64,000 nt of DNA from Sphingomonas sp. (GCF_041659925.1 NZ_JBAZXI010000012.1), one strand, 5' to 3'. Positions 30,405 through 38,737 are shown, counted from the first letter of the stretch. Made by a program: numbers and translations. Notes: generated from the letters alone by a model not told the origin.

Positions 30405-30833
30405 TCAGCTGGCGCTTTTCTTCGCCGGGGCGCTGGCCGCGGTCTGCGCATCGATGCTCGCGGCAAGTGCCGCGATCGCCGCCAGCAGCTTGGCGTTCTG
30501 CGCGTCCATCTGCTTGCCGAACTGGGCGAAGCCTTCGGCCAGCCCAGCCTTCAGGTCTTCCGCCGTGATGCCCGATGCCGTCGGCGTCGGCTGGGGCGTC
30601 GGCCCTGGCGTGGGCGGCGGTGGCGAGGCGCCCTCGCCGCCGGCCGTGCCGACCTCGCTCGCCCGCTGCCGGCGGCGTGCGCTCCTGATCGAGCTTTGCG
30701 CGAGCACGACGCCGACCGGCGACATGCCACCGACACCCATCAGCAAGCCGGCCCGGGTCGCCGCCGCGCCCGTCACTTTCTCCTTGCGCGCGATCAGCGT
30801 GCCGACCGCGAAGGCGGTTGTACTGAAGCTCAT
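30405..30833 (-). CDS. Hypothetical protein (hydrophobic N-terminus, Pro linker, C-terminal helix)
   Basis: CAGGAG RBS; 142 aa; co-oriented within tight cluster. Confidence 0.75.
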   Translation of the reverse strand: MSFSTTAFAVGTLIARKEKVTGAAATRAGLLMGVGGMSPVGVVLAQSSIRSARRRQRASEVGTAGGEGASPPPPTPGPTPQPTPTASGITAEDLKAGLAEGFAQFGKQMDAQNAKLLAAIAALAASIDAQTAASAPAKKSAS

Positions 30834-30858
30834 CTTTCGTCTCCTGGCTTGCGACGGC

Positions 30859-31458
30859 TCACTTGGTGAGTGCCATCAGCATGACGAGCGGACCGATCCC
30901 GCCATCGCCGCCGAACATGCCGCCGCCGGAGCCGGACGAGCCGCCGAAGCCACCGCTGAGCAACAGGATCGGCAGCAGCTTCGACATCTGGTCGCCATTG
31001 TCGATCACGACATTCGGCGTCCCGGCGACGGTGGCGGTGTCGGTCGTGCTGAGCAGCGGCAGGATCATCGCCATCTGGCGCGATTCATCGAGCCCCTTCT
31101 TGAGCGCGTCGGTCGCCTTGATGCGCTCGGCGACCTCATGCTTGAGGCTGGCGCGCAGCTTGTGCGTCTCGCTCTCGAGAGCGCGGGTGCGTCCGTCGAC
31201 CGTGGTGATCGCCTTGCTGTTGGTGGCGATCCGCGCGTCGAGCCGGTGCGCCGTGGCGTTCAGTTCGGCCTTGGTGGCATAACCGCCCGCGACCGGGTGC
31301 GGCACGGGGTTGCCGCGCTTCGCGGTCGGCACGCGCGGCCGGAACATCGGCCGGCCGCGGCGGCGCACCGCCTCGTCGGATTCGAACGCCTCGTCATAGG
31401 CCTCATCGCTCTCGACATCCTCGAGCAGTTCGCCGAAATCTTCGAAGGAATTGTACAT
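30859..31458 (-). CDS. Hypothetical coiled-coil protein with acidic N-terminus and Gly/hydrophobic C-terminus
   Basis: AAAGGA RBS; EDVESDEAYDEAFESDE, YATKAEL heptads, LLPILLLSGGFGG..GPLVMLMALTK. Confidence 0.82.
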   Translation of the reverse strand: MYNSFEDFGELLEDVESDEAYDEAFESDEAVRRRGRPMFRPRVPTAKRGNPVPHPVAGGYATKAELNATAHRLDARIATNSKAITTVDGRTRALESETHKLRASLKHEVAERIKATDALKKGLDESRQMAMILPLLSTTDTATVAGTPNVVIDNGDQMSKLLPILLLSGGFGGSSGSGGGMFGGDGGIGPLVMLMALTK

Positions 31459-31476
31459 GTTGCTGTCCTTTCGCCG

Positions 31477-31923
31477 TCAGTGAGTGGTGGTCTGCTCGGG
31501 CACGGTAGGTCGCGGGCGCGGCGGGCCGAGCAGCCGCGCGCGCAATTCGAGATCGGGTCGCACCATCCCGGGCCGGCCGCGTCCGCGGCAGCTCGGGCAA
31601 TAATCATCCTCGCCCCAGCACAGGCCGCAGGCGCCAAGCGCGGCGGCGAGATCGGCGAGGCGCTCGCTGGCGCCACGATGCGCCTCGAACAGGCGGCGGG
31701 CCTGGCGCTTCATCGCCTCGATCCGGCTTTCCGCCTCGGCGAGCCGCTCGGCCAGCGCGAGCACCTCGTCGCCGAGATCGTCGGCAACGGGCTCGGGCAC
31801 GATGGCGCGCGCCTGCATCATCTGGGCGAGCATCGCGAGTTGCGGGTTGCTGCGCTGGAGGTCGGCGATCATCTGCTGGGCGAGCGCGGCCGGATCGGCC
31901 GCCGCGAGGGCCGGATCAACCAT
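31477..31923 (-). CDS. Hypothetical coiled-coil protein with CxxC..CxxC motif
   Basis: ATG 31923 with GAGGA RBS, 8-nt overlap with upstream stop; GACGLCWGED-x-x-CPSCRGRG-x-PG. Confidence 0.8.
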   Translation of the reverse strand: MVDPALAAADPAALAQQMIADLQRSNPQLAMLAQMMQARAIVPEPVADDLGDEVLALAERLAEAESRIEAMKRQARRLFEAHRGASERLADLAAALGACGLCWGEDDYCPSCRGRGRPGMVRPDLELRARLLGPPRPRPTVPEQTTTH

Positions 31924-32902
31924 AGACCGGTTCCTCTTCGTACCATTCGGCCTCGCCGAGCGACCAGGTCTCGTCATTCTCCCAGTCCTCGACCGCATAA
32001 TCCTCGCCGGCGACGACGAGCGGCGGGGCGGGCTGCGGCGCCGGTTCGGCCGGCGCGACATTGACCGTCACCGGGCGCGACTGGGCATTGGGCCCCCAGA
32101 TCGAGGGCGACAGCGCGAGCAGCGTGAGCAGCGTGTCGGTGCGCCCCTCGGCATCCTCGACATCGACGCCGAGCGCCTCGCCGGCCTCGGCGATGAAGCC
32201 GGGCATGGCCTCGGCGGATTCGTCATATTCGGCCGCCTCATGCGCCGAGCGGTTGGCGAGCGTGCCGAGCGCACTGAGCAGCATATGAACCGGGATCTGC
32301 TGGCCGCCGACCGGGATCGACTGGCGGCCGAAGCTGCCCATCGCGGCCGAGGACAGCGCCTGCAGCGTCTCGGGCCTGGCAAGCATGCCGATCAGCCCAT
32401 TGGCGCCACCGCCCCCACCGCCGGTGAGCATCGCCAGCGGACTGCCGCCGCGACCGCCCGCCGCGCCGCCACCGATCGCACCGAGCGCGCCGAGCGCGCC
32501 GCCGGCGCCACCGCCACGGACGGTCGAGACGAGATTGCTGACGGTACCGATGCCACCGCCGATCGCCCGCGCGGTTGGGTTGCGGGAGTGCGACAGGACG
32601 CTGCCGGCACCGCCGGCGACCGCGCCGGCAAGCGCGCCCCAGGGCCCGAGCGCCGAGCCGGCCATCGCACCCGACACGATGCCGGGGGCGGCCTGCTGCG
32701 CGAAATGGCCGACCGCGCCCGCCGCATGTTTCAGGCCGCGGCCGATATCGTCGAACAGGCCTTCGACATCCTCGGCGCTGGCGCCCTCGCCATAGATCTG
32801 GCGGACAAGGGCATCGAGCTGTTGCGCGTCCGCCTCGGCATAAGCGGGCGAGAGGCTGGCGCGAAGCAGGGGGTAGTCCTCATGCATGACGGGGTTCCTC
32901 AT
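31916..32902 (-). CDS. Glycine-rich hypothetical protein with amphipathic helix, glycine zipper and acidic C-tail
   Basis: EGLFDDIGRGLKHAAGAVG, GAMAGSALGPWGALAGAVAGG, tail EDWENDETWSLGEAEWYEEE. ATGA overlap with upstream gene. Confidence 0.82.
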   Translation of the reverse strand: MRNPVMHEDYPLLRASLSPAYAEADAQQLDALVRQIYGEGASAEDVEGLFDDIGRGLKHAAGAVGHFAQQAAPGIVSGAMAGSALGPWGALAGAVAGGAGSVLSHSRNPTARAIGGGIGTVSNLVSTVRGGGAGGALGALGAIGGGAAGGRGGSPLAMLTGGGGGGANGLIGMLARPETLQALSSAAMGSFGRQSIPVGGQQIPVHMLLSALGTLANRSAHEAAEYDESAEAMPGFIAEAGEALGVDVEDAEGRTDTLLTLLALSPSIWGPNAQSRPVTVNVAPAEPAPQPAPPLVVAGEDYAVEDWENDETWSLGEAEWYEEEPVYG

Positions 32903-33165
32903 TCGGGCTGATCGGGGTCAGGCTGATCTGGGTCGGGCTGATCGGGCGGCGCGGCGACGTGACGGTCGACCAGGGCGGCAAGGCTTTCGAGGCTGTCGAA
33001 CGCGCCGAGCATCCGCCCGCCAAGCGCGGCGACGGTGCCGCGCAGGACCGGCGCGCCGCCGGCGACCGGCTCGAGCCAGGCACGCACGACCAACGTGGCG
33101 GCGCGGCCACCGATGGTGAATTGCGAAGCGGCTGGGCCCTGATCGTCATGGTCGGCTCCGTTCAT
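32899..33165 (-). CDS. Small hypothetical protein (88 aa)
   Basis: LVVRAWLEP..LRGTV..FDSLESLAALV; C-terminal PDQPD repeats; coupled to next gene. Confidence 0.7.
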   Translation of the reverse strand: MNGADHDDQGPAASQFTIGGRAATLVVRAWLEPVAGGAPVLRGTVAALGGRMLGAFDSLESLAALVDRHVAAPPDQPDPDQPDPDQPE

Positions 33166-33221
33166 CTCGCTCGTCCGAGGGGACCTGAAATCCCGAGTCG
33201 GAGGCGTTGTGAACGAGGCCG

Positions 33222-33260
33222 GTCACGCCGCGATCACGGCGCCGTCACCGGATCATCACG
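33222..33260 (-). promoter_or_regulatory. Four GTGA-core direct repeats at exact 11-bp period; candidate SARP binding site
   Basis: Plus-strand TCAC at 33223, 33234, 33245, 33256, directly upstream of the five-small-gene operon. The fourth copy overlaps the BTAD stop codon. Confidence 0.65.
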
Positions 33261-34197
33261 GTTGCGCGAGCGCGCTGTCGATCAGGCCGATCGCGGTACG
33301 CATCTGGTCGCGCGTCGCGACAAGCACCTCGCGGAGGTCGCCATTCCCCGGCGTCGGCGCGGCCGATGCCATGGCCATCGGTCGTGCCGGCGCCGTCACC
33401 GCGACGCGGCCGCCCGGCGCGCAAAGACCGCGGTAAAGCGCGCTGGTTTCATCCATCGGCTCGACGCCGAGTTCGGCCGCAAGCACGGCGGCGCAGTGGC
33501 GATATTGCCGCAACGCGAGCGCGCGATTGCCGGTGCGGGCATAGCCGGTCATCAGCAGGCGGTGGGCATCCTCGCGCAGCGGCTCGGCGGCGGTCAGCGC
33601 GCGGGCGGTGGTGACGACGGCGCGCCAGTCGTCGGCGCGGGCATGGATGTTGGCGAGCGCATAGAGCGCGTCGAGCCGCAGACAGCGCAGCCGCTCGCGC
33701 TCGATCAACGCCCATTCGGCATCGACCATCGGCATGAAGTCGCCGCCATAACCGAGCAGCGCGCGGTGCAGCCGACGCCGCGCGGCGGGGTCGAGCGACA
33801 CCGTGCCCGACATGGCGGCGAGTGGTGCGGCGCGGCGTTCGAAAGCGAGCATGTCGACCCACAAGCCGTCGTCGAGCCGCAGCCGGACGCGCTCGCCGCT
33901 GGCCTCGACCGGGCAGGCGAGATCGCCGAACGCGCCCTTGATGCGATAGAGCGCGCTGGCCAGCGAATGTCGCGCGGCATCGCTCTCATGGTCGGGCCAC
34001 AGCGCCATGGCGAGCGCGTCGCGCTGTGCCGCGCGGCGCGGCGCGGCGAGCAGATAGCCGAACACCGGCCAGCAATTGGGCGGCACGGCGATGGTCGCGC
34101 CGCCGATCCGCGCGGCGGCGACAACACCCAATACCATAAGCCTCCAACGCGCCACGCAATCCCCCGGTTCGGTTTGGATTGCGACCCACCGGACCAA
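33256..34197 (-). CDS. SARP/AfsR-family transcriptional activator (wHTH + BTAD, no ATPase)
   Basis: RDALAMALWPD..ARHSLASALYRI; LWVDMLAFE; W-x-x-x-ERERLR; EPLREDAHRLLM..ALRQY..L-x-x-ELGVEP. TTG start uncertain. Confidence 0.9.
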   Translation of the reverse strand: MVRWVAIQTEPGDCVARWRLMVLGVVAAARIGGATIAVPPNCWPVFGYLLAAPRRAAQRDALAMALWPDHESDAARHSLASALYRIKGAFGDLACPVEASGERVRLRLDDGLWVDMLAFERRAAPLAAMSGTVSLDPAARRRLHRALLGYGGDFMPMVDAEWALIERERLRCLRLDALYALANIHARADDWRAVVTTARALTAAEPLREDAHRLLMTGYARTGNRALALRQYRHCAAVLAAELGVEPMDETSALYRGLCAPGGRVAVTAPARPMAMASAAPTPGNGDLREVLVATRDQMRTAIGLIDSALAQP

Positions 34198-34737
34198 CGA
34201 ACGCCTCGTGACGACCGCGCCGTAGCCGCGCGACTCGCGTCACGTGGCAAAACCATGCTGTTCCTTGTCCTGGCGGACGACAATAATAAAACGGCGTATT
34301 TCATGAACTCCGCAGCATTTCGTCGCACGCTTCTTCCCGTTCATCGCCATGTGTGCGTACATCGTACAAATGCGACATCGAATAGCACCGATGTGATGTG
34401 CATTTCATACGATGACCCACCCATTTTGACTTGCGCTGTTCTGGCGCATTTATGGCACGTTACGTGCCGAATCGTCACGGCAACGATAAGCCCCGTAGCG
34501 GCGATCGCAGCGAGGCTTATCCTTTCGGTCAACCTGGTGCGCATCAACGTTGTCGGAATCATCGCGCACCCGATCCACCGCTTGCCGCCGGCGAACTGGC
34601 GGATGACGAGCGGTATCCCGGGGTCGTCGCTTTTATCTTGCTGCTGCTCGTCGCCACGGTCCCCCGCGCGAAGCGCCTTCATGAGAGCTTTACCCATGAC
34701 GGGTATCGCGACCGGCTACCGTCGGAAAGGAACCGGA

Positions 34738-35388
34738 ATGAGCAGACGTGAAGCCTTCGCAACAGGTTGCGCCGCTCGGCGGCTCCGCCGTGCCACCCGG
34801 TTGCTCGCGCTCGGCGCGGTGCTTTCCAGCTATTGCTCGGTCGCGAACGCGCAGTCGTGGCAGTGCCGCGCGCGGGCGGGAACCTTCGACGACCGCGATA
34901 TCGCCGTGCCCAGGGCCGCGACGCAGCTCAGCGGCGCGATGATGATCCGCAAGGCGAATGCGCCTGGCAAATGGTATCCCGTGGCAAAGGTCGGGTTCAC
35001 CGACCTCAGCCTCGCCGCTTCGGGGTGCCATTGCAACGGCATCGTCGCCGCCTGGCATCCGGCAACGCCCGATTCCTTCCTGGTCTCGCTGTCGGTCGAC
35101 GGGAAGGAGACCCCGCTCGGGCTCGTACCCTATGACAAGCCGGTGACGTTCAAGCTGAGCTTCACCTGGGACGGCGCGCTGAAGCTGGAGGTGGGCAACC
35201 GCGTGGTGACCGGCATGTCGTCGACACCGATCCGCGACAACCTGCACCTGAGCTGTTCGACGGCCGATGTCGATTTCAACATCGTCGTCGCGCCTCCGCC
35301 GGACCGCGCGCCGGAACGCTGCCCGTTCGCCGCGCGCGAGCAATGGACCGCGGCGGATGTCGATCGCTATTGCCGGGTCCGCCAATAA
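34738..35388 (+). CDS. Exported hypothetical protein (beta-rich, 6+ Cys)
   Basis: Signal-like RLLALGAVLSSYCSVANA|Q; coherent non-shadow composition. Confidence 0.6.
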   Translation: MSRREAFATGCAARRLRRATRLLALGAVLSSYCSVANAQSWQCRARAGTFDDRDIAVPRAATQLSGAMMIRKANAPGKWYPVAKVGFTDLSLAASGCHCNGIVAAWHPATPDSFLVSLSVDGKETPLGLVPYDKPVTFKLSFTWDGALKLEVGNRVVTGMSSTPIRDNLHLSCSTADVDFNIVVAPPPDRAPERCPFAAREQWTAADVDRYCRVRQ

Positions 35389-35521
35389 GCGGGGCAGGTC
35401 GGCGGTTCGCGGCTCGCTTGCCGCTTAGCCGTATTTTCTCCTGCAACCCGCTCGATCGCTTTGCGGTGCGACGATCGCGGTTGATGCCGGCGATCGGCGC
35501 GACGTGGTGGGATGCTGCCGG

Positions 35522-35722
35522 TCAGCTTTCAGTCACGCCCGTCGCCCGCAATCGTCGAATCGAGCGCCAAATGATACCGACGAGCAGCAGAAGGTAAGCG
35601 ACCGGCAGAGCCCATGTCGGGTTGTATAGATCCATCCACTTACGGACGAGAACTGCCGCGAGCGCGAGCCACGACAACACGTTAAAGACGTCGACAGCGG
35701 TCTCTGCTGAAATCCTCGTCAT
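35522..35722 (-). CDS. Possible small membrane protein
   Basis: 66 aa with two transmembrane-like segments. Confidence 0.45.
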   Translation of the reverse strand: MTRISAETAVDVFNVLSWLALAAVLVRKWMDLYNPTWALPVAYLLLLVGIIWRSIRRLRATGVTES

Positions 35723-35894
35723 GCCGTCTGGCTACCCGGTTTTCACGTTCACGGAAAGGTCCGCAATTGGGGCAACTGCCGCCCGGCTACTTTTGCTGCC
35801 GATATCTGCCGGTCGGCTTTCCGGCGGATCGTGTCGATCGAGGGAACGGGAACGGCCCGACGTGGTGGGAAGCGGTCATCCACATTATCCGAAC

Positions 35895-36437
35895 CTACAG
35901 GCCCTGCGTCAGCCTAGGATCGTCGTGAGCGACCCACATCGCAGCTTCTTCCGCCCAAAGTGAGCCTGATTGGAGAGCTATTGGATCGACCGACTGGAGG
36001 AATCGAAACCAGCTATCGCGCAATCGCAGCGGCACTAGACCATCGAGAAAAGCGTCTGGCCCAAGCTCATGGCAAGTTTCACTGATCAAATGGCGGTATT
36101 GGAGAAGCGCTTCCGCAAGCGATGCTAAGTCTCGATTGACATAATGGATAGCGAGGCTGCTGTCATGATTGAGGTAGTGAATGTCGCCATTGGAGCTGAG
36201 GACGATAGGATCGCCTGAGCCGTTGGTGCCGATTTGCATGCCCGTGTCTGTAGCAAAATAGCTCGCGTATTTAGGCCCGAATGAAAGGCACGGGGCAGCA
36301 CCGCTTGGAAGGCCCGCCTCGAACAAAAAGTGCTTATCGGCAAATCTAAGCGGGAATTGATTGAGCAAGCCGAGGGGAAATGCGGCAAGAAAGTCAGGGT
36401 CGTCACCCCATTTCTCGGCAAACTCATCGGGTGTCAT
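35895..36437 (-). CDS. SUKH-4-like immunity protein
   Basis: FLFEAGLP..SF, IGTNGSGDPIVL..G-x-I-x-YLNHD..YVNRDLASLAEAL. GGAG RBS before ATG 36437; visibly AT-richer. Confidence 0.65.
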   Translation of the reverse strand: MTPDEFAEKWGDDPDFLAAFPLGLLNQFPLRFADKHFLFEAGLPSGAAPCLSFGPKYASYFATDTGMQIGTNGSGDPIVLSSNGDIHYLNHDSSLAIHYVNRDLASLAEALLQYRHLISETCHELGPDAFLDGLVPLRLRDSWFRFLQSVDPIALQSGSLWAEEAAMWVAHDDPRLTQGL

Positions 36438-36638
36438 ATAGATCGCTCCCCTCCGACAGCCGACGCGATACAGCCTAAAATCGCTTTTCCCAAATGTCTG
36501 CAACTGGGGCGACGGCTGCCCGGCCGCTTCTCTCCCCATTTCCAACCGGTCGCCTTTCGGGCGGCTAGGTCGCCTTGACGGCGAGGCGTAGCGGAAACGG
36601 TCAGCCGGTGCGCGGTTCGCCCGTTGCCCCGGCTGCGA

Positions 36639-37580
36639 TCATCCGTGCATGAAGCGCCGTAACGCCGCCCGGCTCGCCGTGGCCGCGGCCTCGCCGACGC
36701 GGGTGCCGGGCATCATGTCATAGCCGTGGAAGCCGCCGGGGAAGACGTGCAGTTCGGTCGGCACGCCGGCGCGGATCAGGCGGCGGGCGTAGTCGAGATC
36801 TTCCTCGACGAAGAGATCGAGCGCGCCGGTCGAGATGAAGGTCGGCGGCAACCCGGCGAGATCTTCGGCGCGCGCGGGGGCGGCATAGGGCGAGACGCCT
36901 TCCCGGCCGGGCGGGTGGCCGAGCAGCGACGACCAGCCGAAATGGTTGCTGCCGGCGGTCCAGATGAACTCACCGGTATAAGGATGCGGATCGGTGGCGA
37001 CGCAGGTGCGGTCGTCGAGCATCGGATAGATCAGGTGCTGGAAGGCGAGCGCATATTCGCCGCGATCGCGCGCGAGCAACGCCAGCGCGGCGGCGAGGCC
37101 ACCACCGGCGCTCTCGCCCATCACGCCGATCCGCGCGGGGTCGATGCCCAGCGCTTCGGCATTGGCGACGAGCCAGGCGAGGCCGGCATAGCAATCCTCC
37201 ACCGGGCCGGGGTGCGGTGTCTCGGGCGCGAGGCGGTAGTCGACCGAGACCAGCGCGCAGCCCAGCGCCTTGACCAGCGGGCGGTGCCGCGCCTCCCCCA
37301 TCGCGGCCCCGCCCGCGACATAGCCGCCGCCATGGATATGATAGATGCACGGCAACGGCCGCGCCGCATCGTCGGGCAGATAGATGTGCAGCCCGATATC
37401 GGGCGCGCCGGCCGGGCCGGGGACCGATTTCCGTTCGAGCGTGCTGCCCGAGGCGTCGAACGGCATCACCGGTATCTCGCGGTTGCGCATCGCATCGAGC
37501 GTCTCGGCGGAAATCGTCATGGTCGGCCAGAGATCGAGCATCGGCGCGACTTCGGGGTCGACGAGGTGGCGGGTGTTCAA
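36639..37580 (-). CDS. Alpha/beta hydrolase (HSL/Aes-like esterase)
   Basis: HIHGGGY, VDYRLAPE, GESAGG, D..H(GY). TTG start with GGAGG RBS. Confidence 0.92.
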   Translation of the reverse strand: MNTRHLVDPEVAPMLDLWPTMTISAETLDAMRNREIPVMPFDASGSTLERKSVPGPAGAPDIGLHIYLPDDAARPLPCIYHIHGGGYVAGGAAMGEARHRPLVKALGCALVSVDYRLAPETPHPGPVEDCYAGLAWLVANAEALGIDPARIGVMGESAGGGLAAALALLARDRGEYALAFQHLIYPMLDDRTCVATDPHPYTGEFIWTAGSNHFGWSSLLGHPPGREGVSPYAAPARAEDLAGLPPTFISTGALDLFVEEDLDYARRLIRAGVPTELHVFPGGFHGYDMMPGTRVGEAAATASRAALRRFMHG

Positions 37581-37792
37581 GGCGTCCTCCGGCGTGCGAT
37601 CGGCGGGGCGCGACGCCCCATGGCGCCATAGTGAAGGCGTTTGGGCCGGTGCACCAGACCCCGGCCCGCGCCGATCCGCCATCCGCGTCGGCCATCGCGC
37701 GCTTTATCGTTGGTGGCCGCTCGGGCATGGCTCAAGGTGAGGGCAGGTTCGTTTATGCCAATCGCCTTCAATCCCTTTACGGAGCACGCCCC

Positions 37793-38737
37793 ATGCGCAT
37801 GATCGATCGCGACGAAGTCCGCCGGCGGCTCAGTTACGAGCGCTGCATCCCGATCGTGCGCGAGGCGATGATCGCCTTTTCTTGCGGCGAGACGCGGCAG
37901 TTGCTGCGCTCGATCATCCCGCTGAGCGAGGGGCGCATGTTCGGGATCATGCCCGGCGCGCTGGCGCCCGACGGGCCGTTCGGGGCCAAGTTGATCAGCG
38001 TGTTCGCGGACAATTTCGCGCGCGGGCGGCAGTCGCACCAGGGCGTGGTGGTGCTGTTCGACCCCGAGAGCGGCGAACCGGTATGCGTCGCGCATGCCGG
38101 CGAGATCACCGCGATCCGCACCGCGGCGGCGAGCGCGGTGGCGACCGATGCGCTGGCGCGACCCGAATCCTGCCGGATGGCGGTCCTCGGCTATGGCGAG
38201 CAGGCCGCGACGCATATCCGCGCGATCGCGCGGGTGCGCCCGCTGGAGCTGGTGCGCATCTGGGGACGCTCGCCCGAGCGCGCGGCGGCGTTCGTCGCGA
38301 ACATGGAGGACGAGTTCGATTTCGCCATCGCGGCGAGCGACGAGGTGTGCGACGCGGTGGCGGACGCCGACATCGTCTGCACGGTGAGCGCCGCGCATGA
38401 CCCGATCCTCGCCGGCGCGTGGGTGCGGCCGGGGACGCACCTCAACCTGGTCGGCTCGAGCCATGCCGGAACGGCCGAGGTCGACAACGCGCTGGTGGTG
38501 CGATCACGCTTCTTCGTCGACAGCCGCGAGGGCGTGCTGGCGCAGGGCGGCGAGTTCCGCCGCGCGCGCGACGCCGGGCTGATCGGCGACGATCACATCG
38601 TCGCGGAGATCGGCGCGGTGCTGGCGGGGCGAGCGGCCGGGCGGCAGGCGGCCGACGAGATCACCGTCTACAAGTCGCTCGGCCATGTCGTGCAGGACCT
38701 GGCGAGCGTGTGGTCACTATATCGCGACGGGGAATGA
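37793..38737 (+). CDS. Ornithine cyclodeaminase / mu-crystallin family protein
   Basis: GAKLISV, ITAIRTAAASAVAT, VLGYGEQA, HLNLVGS, TVYKSLG. Confidence 0.92.
   Translation: MRMIDRDEVRRRLSYERCIPIVREAMIAFSCGETRQLLRSIIPLSEGRMFGIMPGALAPDGPFGAKLISVFADNFARGRQSHQGVVVLFDPESGEPVCVAHAGEITAIRTAAASAVATDALARPESCRMAVLGYGEQAATHIRAIARVRPLELVRIWGRSPERAAAFVANMEDEFDFAIAASDEVCDAVADADIVCTVSAAHDPILAGAWVRPGTHLNLVGSSHAGTAEVDNALVVRSRFFVDSREGVLAQGGEFRRARDAGLIGDDHIVAEIGAVLAGRAAGRQAADEITVYKSLGHVVQDLASVWSLYRDGE

Noticed and set aside
27076-32064. 1662-aa plus-strand ORF spanning the novel operon
   Set aside because: Antisense shadow of six minus-strand genes that have RBSs and recognisable motifs; Arg/Ala/Gly-rich shadow composition.
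30405-32902. Small genes considered as prophage, gas vesicle or encapsulin genes
   Set aside because: No terminase, capsid, portal, GvpA or encapsulin motifs recognised; kept as unknown pending a profile search.
32905-32950. Short tandem repeat (GATCAGCC core) considered as a regulatory array
   Set aside because: Encodes the PDQPD tail of the 88-aa protein; low-complexity coding repeat.
32959-34737. N-terminal 593 codons of the 809-aa plus ORF
   Set aside because: Overlaps the BTAD gene antisense and an intergenic region; only the part from ATG 34738 looks like a real protein.
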